Shown: one piece after another, positions 60,430 to 64,000 of the stretch
How the letters are laid out: every line of letters begins with the position of its first letter
Position numbering within the stretch: position 1 is the first letter of the stretch
Source: the human T2T-CHM13v2.0 reference genome, Homo sapiens
Assembly (NCBI RefSeq): GCF_009914755.1
Contig: NC_060930.1
Reading direction: 5' to 3' (one strand)
DNA length: 64,000 nt
Made by a program: the position numbers and the translations under genes
Notes under the pieces: generated by a model
The model's database searches: none
The model's input: the letters and a program-made list of their open reading frames with translations, nothing else
What the model was told of the DNA's origin: nothing

Positions 60430-61611
60430 TATTGCTGTGCCCCAGATTTCCACTCGGAGCCCTCATCCCTTCATAATCTGTAGCCTCTTCCAAGACAAAC
60501 TTCCCTTCACTTTAAAAACCATGTTTGCTGAGGATGCCCAGTAGTAAGGCCCTGACCCTTCTGTGACCTCCCTCCTAAGGCCGCCTACTTGCCCTCTCCA
60601 CCTGTCTATTCACAGGCATACTGAAGTTAACGTTGTTGTGTTGGATTCCCCACTCAGACACGCTCTTCTCTCCTTCTTCCCCTTCTCAGTTAACGGCACA
60701 CTCAGATGTTCAGGTTCAACACTGGGCACCATCCTGAATCCCTCTCCCTCAGCCTCCCATCAAATGCGTTGGCAAGTCTGACAGCCCCAAGCCCAGCACG
60801 CACCCAGATCCTGGCCCTCCACCTCTGTCACCATGGACGCTGCTCGCGCCACCACCATCCCTCCTGGAGCTGGCCTCCTGCTCCTCCCCCCTGCCCTGTC
60901 AGTCTTGTCCTTGCAGAACAGCTGCAGTGGATTTTAAAGAAAATCTGACTCTAGCAATTCCATGCTTGACATTGGTAAGGGCTTTACGGGCTGGATATGT
61001 CCCTGCAAACTTCCTGCATTGAAGTCCCGACTCCCAGCGCCTCAGAATGTGCCTGTGTCTGAAGACAAGGCCTTCTAAGAGGTAAATCAGCTAAGATGAG
61101 GCCACAAGGGGAACCCTAAGCCAATCTGACTGGTATCCTCATGAAAAGAGATTAGGGCACAGGGAGACACCCTGGCTTTGCTTGCGCAGAGAGACAACCA
61201 GGTGAGGACGCAGCAAGAGGGTGCCCCGGCAAGCCAAAGAGAGGTGGGGTGGGAACCCACCCTGTGGACACCTTGACTTTTGATTTCCAGCCTCCGGAGC
61301 TACAAGGAAGTAACTTTCTGTTGTGAAAGCTGCCGAGTCTGTGGTCCCTGTCAGGGCAGCCCTAGACACAGACACAAACGATTTCCAGCTACACTGAGAG
61401 TCCATCCCATTCCCTGCCTGCCCCACCACCTCCCACCACCCCATCCAGCTCATGGATTATTTATGTGTCTGTCTCCATCCAGCAGAAAATCAGGACAAAG
61501 ATGTGGATTTGTCTGCCCTGTTCAGGCAAAGGTCTATCCCCTAAAGCAGTGCCTCACACATAGGGGCTCAGCACGTGTTTTCCAATGAATGAATGAATGA
61601 ATGAATGAATG
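60430..61611 (+). mobile_element. L2 remnant ending in (GAAT)n, interrupted by MLT1
   Basis: cagtgcctcacacataggggctcagcacgtgttttccaatgaatgaatgaatg. Confidence 0.6.
60984..61375 (+). mobile_element. MLT1A/B solo LTR
   Basis: gaagtcccgactcccagcgcctcagaatgtg...ccctaagccaatctgactggtatcctcatgaaaagag...ggcagccctag. Confidence 0.8.
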
Positions 61612-61689
61612 CAATCCCATGTTGCCAGATCTAAGGACTTTCCATAAGGAGCCATGTAAGTGGATTTTTAGACAGAATGTTGTGGTTCC

Positions 61690-62224
61690 TCAGTCATAAC
61701 TTTTTCTTGGTAGAATGACAAGTTTCTTTTAAGGAAGTATTCCAGTTCATCAATGAAGAAGTGCTAGAATGAGGGTATCACTCTTTGATCACTCCTAGTG
61801 AGTTATTGGATCTTGGCAATCACCAAAACTGAAGAAAAAGACAACCAGACATCCAAAGGGCAGACGACCCCACCTGAATATTGGTGAGACTCTAGACCCA
61901 ACTGACAAAAGACAGGAGCTACATGAGACAGGGGACCGTGTTCAAGGATGCAATGAAGAAGCAGGCAGAAAGATCCAGAATGCCCAGAACACTGCAGGAC
62001 AGTGGTCCAGTTTCTTTAACAAGGCAAGAAATATGCAAGATGTAGAAGGAGACCACATATTAAATGAGACTTAAGAGGTGTGTCAACCAACCACGGTATA
62101 TGAGCCTCTCTTAGAGCCTGACTCACACAAACTATTACAGATCAGATAACTGGTGAAAGTCAAAGACCTGACATTTGATGATACTAAAAAATTATTATTA
62201 AATTGTTATGCACTGTATTGGTTT

Positions 62225-62277
<53 letters not shown>

Positions 62278-63100
62278 GGGTGACCTTATCTTTAGAGACA
62301 CTTCTTGAAATACTTGTAGCTGAAATAATGTGATAATAAACTTCTTCAAAAATAGTCTGGTGGATGTGGGCTTAGGGGAAGAGATGGAGTTTAAAGTGGA
62401 ACAAAATTTTCTGTGAGTGATATTTGTTGCACAGTGGGAGCAAGAAAGTTCCTAGTGTTATTCCCTCAACTTCTGCAATTGCTCAAAATTTTCCAAAATA
62501 AAAGCAGAAACTATGCAGTACAATGAACACGGACAGGCATTTCACAGGAGAGGAATCGGACATGGCCACTAAAAATGTAGAGAGAAGTGAACCTTATTTG
62601 ATCAGGGAAGTTCAATTTATCCCCATTCAACTGGCAAAAAGTTAAAAGGTCTTACGATACCACATGTTAGGGAAGACATAGAGCTTCTCTGATACGTGGG
62701 ATAGTATGCTCACGTTCTGCTGTTGGGAGTATAAACTGGCACAACCAATTTGGAAAAAAGCTTGGCATGCTCTCCTCAAAAGTTTATGCTCTCCATGTGA
62801 ATTCCATTCAATAATTCCATACAACGATTCTATAATTCTATCTCTGGTTGGTTGTGTATGTGTGTGTGTGATGTGTATGTGCTTGTTTATATGTGTATAC
62901 ACATGTGAATATACATGCTTGTGTGTATGCATGTGTATACATGTACACACATCTCTTTGCACCCACGAGAAACTCCTGCACATGTACCCGAGGTGTCATG
63001 TATAAGGACGTCATAGCAAATGAATGAATGAAGGGAGGCAGCGAGGGAGGGCTGCCCATGGAGCAGAGATAGAGATGTGGTATGGACCAACCAGTACTGG
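61690..63100 (+). mobile_element. Old L1M 3' remnants
   Basis: ttccagttcatcaatgaagaa...; tgctgttgggagtataaactggcacaaccaatttggaaaa. Confidence 0.55.
62229..62274. repeat. (TG)n microsatellite, about 22 units
   Basis: Perfect gt run. Confidence 0.97.
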
Positions 63101-63332
63101 ACCTGGTGCACCAGTGTACAGAGAAGCCGCCGTGTGGGGCGACTCTCCAGATAGCAGCCCGTCCCCCTGGTGCCCGGCACTGCCTCAGCAGGTGGCACCT
63201 GCTGGGGTTCTCACTCTGCAAGATGCCTGGGGGACATACTTCCCAACTTCTCTGTGGCAGTTTTCACTTAAAAGGAAACTTGAATATTTAATCCGACCCT
63301 AAGTCAAATCCTTCTGTGCTAGCATGAGGGCA

Positions 63333-63712
63333 TGTGTGTGTGAGTGTGTCTATATGTGTGTGTCTATGTGTGTCTGTGTCTGTGTGTGTGTGTCTGCATG
63401 TCTAATATGTGTGTGTCTGTGTGTCTATGTGGGTGTCTGTATGTCTGTGTGTGTGTGTCTATGTGTGTGTCTGTGTGTCTACATGTGTGTCTGTGTCTGT
63501 GTGTGTGTGTCTGTATGTCTGTGTCTGTGTGTATGTCTGTATGTCTGTGTGTGTGTCTGTGTGTCTACGTGTGTGTCTATGTGTGTGTCTGTGTGTGTGT
63601 CTGTGTGTGTCTGTGTGTCTATGTGTGTCTGTGTGTGTGTGTATGCTTGTGTGTGTATCTATGTGTGTCTGTGTGTGTATGTCTGTATGTATGTCTGTGT
63701 GTATGTGTGTCT
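63333..63712. repeat. TG/TCTG/TATG-rich compound simple repeat
   Basis: gtgtgtctatgtgtgtctgtgt arrays. Confidence 0.92.
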
Positions 63713-64000
63713 GAACTTTGTGAAAAGAGGCAATCACATCAGGACAGTTGCAGGCCACAGCGTTCTGTGCTTCACCCTGTCCGGGGTGCTAACTTGAAGC
63801 CATGAGCGGAGCACCCCAGGGAGCTGCCTTCCCATCCGTCTTCTGCCTCCACCCACACAGCAGTGCTGCAGAGCGCTGTTCTTCCACGAGGGAATAGCAG
63901 GGCCTCTAAAAACCCTTTTACAAATGTCGCTTTCATGATCAGGAATCCATTTCAAAGCCAGAGCAGAGCGGGCTCCCCACAAATGGGGGCTCTGAGTTGA

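Noticed and set aside
63324-63805. Cys/Val-rich ORFs
   Set aside because: These are translations of the TG-rich simple repeat.

Overview
Primate (human-like) euchromatic DNA, identified by AluJ/S/Y and L1PA elements. A large part of the window is interspersed repeats. These include about 12 Alus, a full-length but inactivated L1PA3/4-type element (27.7-33.9 kb) inserted in the A-tail of an older 5'-truncated L1PA, old L1M/L2/MIR fragments, MaLR/ERVL/ERV1 solo LTRs, and MER1/MER8/MER20/Tigger2 DNA-transposon fossils. A 30-copy perfect 32-bp VNTR lies at 22.6-23.6 kb. I recognise no known protein-coding gene, and almost all ORFs in the track are spurious or repeat-derived. The main non-repeat signal is a chain of about 11 candidate AG/GT-bounded small exons on the minus strand (55.6 kb to 7.2 kb). 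Five downstream candidates (25.0, 14.5, 10.4, 9.7 and 7.3 kb) join in phase into one uninterrupted 187-codon ORF. Most upstream candidates carry stops, which suggests a decaying gene, a lncRNA or a de novo ORF. The L1 antisense promoter, with an intact ORF0, points at the intact part of the chain. All exon calls and repeat subfamily names were made by eye and need RNA-seq and RepeatMasker confirmation.
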